DNA of 64,000 nt from contig OZ024745.1 of assembly GCA_964016885.1 (NCBI GenBank), positions 40,114,001-40,178,000 on the forward strand. The letters are read 5' to 3'. The DNA is from Eledone cirrhosa (Eukaryota). Numbering within the stretch: position 1 is the stretch's first letter; every line of letters begins with the position of its first letter. The notes beneath the pieces were generated by a model, which did not search any database, had not been told where the DNA came from, and saw only the letters and a program-made list of their open reading frames with translations. Position numbers and translations under genes: made by a program. Shown piece by piece: positions 59,868 to 64,000 of this stretch.

Positions 59868-60190
59868 TAGGCAAAAAACATGAAATTGTAAATGTAACTG
59901 GAGTCTTTTTTTTTTAAATATATATTTATTTGGTTCCTTTACCGTTTTCGCAGTTCTTCTGCTTTTCAAAAGTAGTATTGGGATGTTGAGGGTTTGTGGT
60001 TTTTCTCACATCTGGTTGGTCTTTGAATGTTACTTCTTTTTTAGATGGAAAAAAGTGGCTAGAAATGCCAGGTTTTTAGAGAAGTAATTTGGTTGGTGAA
60101 TAATTATAAAAAATTCGCGCCAGTTCGATTTACGAAGTTCTTATTATATTTGCCTTCAAACAAAGGGTTGGATCAGGTTGTTTTTTCATA
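59868..60190 (-). mobile_element. Solo 3' end of the family found at 21595-22518
   Basis: Colinear with 21600-21835 and 22220-22270; HHR motif at 59937-59972. Confidence 0.8.
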
Positions 60191-60192
60191 TA

Positions 60193-60280
<88 letters not shown>

Positions 60281-60401
60281 AGAATATTTTCGCATGTACG
60301 TCAATACTCATCTTTTTCCATATCTCCGAGGGTTCTTAACCCCACTATGAAGCTAAATAAGTTCTTTAATTTCTTTAGTCAAAATAGAGCAATAGCTAAC
60401 A

Positions 60402-60509
<108 letters not shown>

Positions 60510-61007
60510 GAATAAAGTTAGTCCCTCATCAGTGATCTTCCAACCATCATTGGTATTTCATCGCTTTAAAGACCATATACCTCCGGTTGGTGCGAGCAAC
60601 GGCTAAAAATAATCGTTGGGACACGTAAATAAAGGGGACACGAGTGTAAACAAACAAAAATGGTGAAGCAACGACAAGTGAGAAAGAAGGAGTCAAGTCC
60701 CAAATTTCTATGAATTTAAATTCGGTGAAATCGTGAACGAGAGAGAATAAAGACCATCAAACCTGGTTGAAATGTGAGCAAGGAAGGAATTTCGCACAGG
60801 TCTAACGGGAGGAAGAAGGGGTCTAGTCTGTGAATTCGGTAAACATAAGTTCTGTGAAATCGTAGACGAGAGAGAGAAAACATTATGAGAACAGATTAAT
60901 ATTTGCTCTATGGGTTTATATATATTTATATATATATAATCCTTATCGAGCCCTCTGCGGATTTTAGTTTTCACATTTATTATTACTATATATATATAGG
61001 ATTTTTT

Positions 61008-61063
61008 TCATTCTGAGGATTGAAAGCAAAATCTTTTGCTTTTATGAAACCACTGGTAAATGG
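61008..61063 (+). ncRNA. Type I hammerhead, canonical core, in a ~165-bp insert between microsatellites
   Basis: tCATT-CTGAGGA-t-TGAAAGCAAAA tc TTTTGCTTTTA-t-GAAA-CCA c TGG-TA-AATGg. Confidence 0.85.
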
Positions 61064-61162
61064 AATAGTTGCCTCATCTTGTTTATTACATAACTATTAA
61101 GCTCTGTTACCTACATAGAGCACTCTTTTTTTTTTGGACTTTTCCGACGGATTTACTTCATT

Positions 61163-61194
<32 letters not shown>

Positions 61195-61195
61195 A

Positions 61196-61271
<76 letters not shown>

Positions 61272-61891
61272 GACGGGAAGTAGAGGCATTAGAGCCTGAT
61301 AATATAAATTTTATTGATATTCAAATATTGTTTTTTATTAAAACCTTAACGTTCTAGCAATAACATTGCTGTTATCAGGTTAGAATTAGTTTTTTTAAAT
61401 TTGGCTTCCATTGCAGCTATGTTCGTAAAGCCTTACCATTCTATATCCAGAAATATTTCCTTTTTATCCCAAAACACAAATTCTGGCTAATTCTAAGAAG
61501 GATATCTTCTGTGGGATCTGTTAGCAAACTCTTTCTTACTATATTATCTTCTCTATATCTTGACAATATTTCTACGTTAAAAGAGTAGATTAGGAAATAT
61601 GCGGGTAGTGACTGAGACTATATAATTTATATTTATATTATATATATTATCATACATGAATTATTATTATATCAAGCTAAAGCATTTCTAACACATTTCA
61701 AAACAAATAACCTATCTTTATTGATAGGAGTAATTTATAATCAGTATTTCATATATTTCCTACGCACATATACTTCCATTGCAATCCATTTATTTGTTTT
61801 GCTAATACATAACATTTACATTTCATAAGTTGTAAATTATACCGAGCCTGGAAATCACTTTCGGTTATTCCGGTACTAGATGCAAGGCAAT

Positions 61892-61969
<78 letters not shown>

Positions 61970-61975
<6 letters not shown>

Positions 61976-63121
61976 GAGAAGAAAGAGGAATACTGCGTGG
62001 TTGCACATGGGTTACATATTATAAAATTAGTCCCTCGTCAGTGATTTGCCAACCATCATTGGTATTTCATCGCATTAAAAATCATATACCTCAGGTTGGT
62101 GCGAGCAATAACTAAAAAAAGCTATTGGGACAAGTGAGTCGCGTAAAGCAAGTGAGACAAGTAAACAACATAGAAGGATAAAAGCAAACCGAAGATAGGA
62201 AAAAAACAAGAAACATGGTTATCAGGTCAGCGTAAGCTGGTGAATTTCATGAGCATTCAGAATACAGACCGTCCGACGTGAGTGAGATGTGAGCAAGAAA
62301 GGACCCCACTACCAACGAAACGGGAGGAAGTGAGAAGGGGAGAAACAGAGAGTGAGTGAGTGGAAGTGCGAGGAAGAGGTCAGTTGAGAGAAAGTGTAAG
62401 TGACAAAGGAGGCGAAAGAAGGTGAGAGAAACAGAGAGAACGGGGGAGCAGTAAGAGAGAAAGAGAGAAACAGACAAACGCAGCCGAGGTAAATATGTAT
62501 AAAAAACATGAGAAGAAAGAGGAATACGGCGTGGTTGCATATGGGTTACATATTATAAAATTAGTCCCTCGTCAGTGATTTGCCAACCATCATTGGTATT
62601 TCATCGCATTAAAAATCATATACCTCAGGTTGGTGCGAGCAATAACTAAAAAAAGCTATTGGGACAAGTTAGTCACGTAAAGCAAGTGAGGCAAGTAAAC
62701 AACATAGAAGGATAAAAGCAAACCGAAGATAGGAAAAAAAACAAGCAACATGGTTTTCCGGTCAGCATCAGACGTGAGTGAGATGTGAGCAAGAAAGGAC
62801 CCCTCTACCAACGAAATGGGAGGAAGTGAGAAGGGGCGAAACAGAGAGAGAGTGAGTGGGCGTGCGAGGAAGAGGTCAGTCGAGAGAAAGTGTAACTGAC
62901 AGAGGGTGCGAAAGAAGGTGAGAGAAACAGAGAGAACGGGGGAGCAGTAAGAGAGAAAGAGAGAAACAGACAAACGCAGCCGAGGTAAATATGTATAAAA
63001 AACATGAGAAGAAAGATGAATACTGCGTGGTTGCATATGGGTTACACATTATAAAATTAGTCCCTCGTCAGTGATTTGCCACCCATCATTGGTATTCCAT
63101 CGCATTAAAAATCATATACCT

Positions 63122-63123
<2 letters not shown>
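61970..63123. repeat. Partial tandem repeat, about 2.2 units of 500-535 bp, between (TA)n tracts
   Basis: aaacatgagaagaaaga...gcgtggttgca...attagtccctcgtcagtgatttgcc at ~61970, ~62504 and ~63000. Confidence 0.9.
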
Positions 63124-63176
<53 letters not shown>

Positions 63177-63177
<1 letters not shown>

Positions 63178-64000
63178 CGGCGATGAATTAGTTTAGCGAG
63201 GTTTTTTATATGAAATCATGTGTCGAAACAAATATTGTTATACTTGGGGAGGGTCATATTTGTGTAATATTGCCAGAATTAATAACAGAACACACTCACT
63301 GTTTGGTTGGTTTTCGCTTCTCGCTGTCTTTTATATCTGCGATGTAACTTACTCGGTCCTCAATGTTGCCATTGACTGACCGACGGTCAAAAATAATACA
63401 GATACAATATCGACACAAACACATATATATAGTTTACATAATGTACATAAATCTTTCGTTGCACATCTGCAACATCGTCAGTGGTGTTATATATTTTTTT
63501 TCCTCCTGTTGTGTTGTATTTCTACGCCATTTTTTATTCAGTCTGTCTATATATTTATTTATTTATTTGCTTGTTTGTTTAATTTATTTTGCCTTCTTTG
63601 CGCATGCGTTTGCGTGTGTGTATAGTGTTATGTTTGCTGTGTGACTAGTGTGTATAGTGTTGTGTTTGCTGGGTGACTAGTGTGTGTTTATGTGCTTGTT
63701 GTTATTGTGCTTGTGTATGTATTTATTTATCTTATTTTATTTACTTATTTATACTTCTCTTAGGTCAGTGTTGTTTGTTTGGGTGTTGTTGTTGTTCCAC
63801 TCATTCTTTCTGTTTAGCTTTGGTCTTCTAATTTCTATTTCACTGGCCTCTCTGATTTGCCTATCTGCTGGGTCATTCCTATGTTTAGATATTATTCTAA
63901 TTTCTATGTTGTCTATGTTACCGTCAGGTTGTTGTCTAGCATCTTCGTATAGTACTGACCCGTTTTTTCGTCCTTTTAGTTCCCCCCAGTGTTGGTCTAT
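63177..64000 (-). mobile_element. 3' end of a family A-related PLE (runs off the window)
   Basis: Minus strand from 64000 encodes IDQHWGELKGRKNGSVLYEDA...IDNIEIRIISKHRNDPADRQIREASEIEIRRPKLNRKNEWN, homologous to 8908-9112. The 3' UTR matches 54525-54907. Confidence 0.85.

Noticed and set aside
59328-59969. 213-aa ORF as a novel RT fusion protein
   Set aside because: Fortuitous read-through from a solo PLE 3' end across a short TA tract into a truncated family D RT.

Overview
AT-rich eukaryotic intergenic or intronic DNA with dense (TA)n/(CA)n/(GA)n microsatellites and no supportable host gene. The tRNA-headed Deu/Nin-type SINEs and the repeat landscape suggest an invertebrate, probably an octopod cephalopod (inference). 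The window is dominated by decayed Penelope-like retroelements (PLEs; RT plus C-terminal GIY-YIG endonuclease) from at least four families, plus an internally deleted RTE-like LINE and several SINEs. Main observations: (1) about 20 type I hammerhead-ribozyme (HHR) motifs of roughly 9-10 sequence types, read by eye, several with fully canonical cores and several with a U3-A8 variant core. (2) Non-coding, partial-tandem HHR repeats of 420-550 bp (retrozyme-like) clustered at 40-44 kb. One has an ATGCAAAT octamer about 110-120 nt upstream of the cleavage site in each complete unit, reminiscent of newt satellite 2. (3) A size series of head-to-head inverted PLE insertions, from 5 kb elements with 1.2-1.5 kb arms down to MITE-like minis and near-zero-loop hairpins, almost all at (TA)n tracts. 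All ribozyme calls are structural predictions; no activity has been tested.
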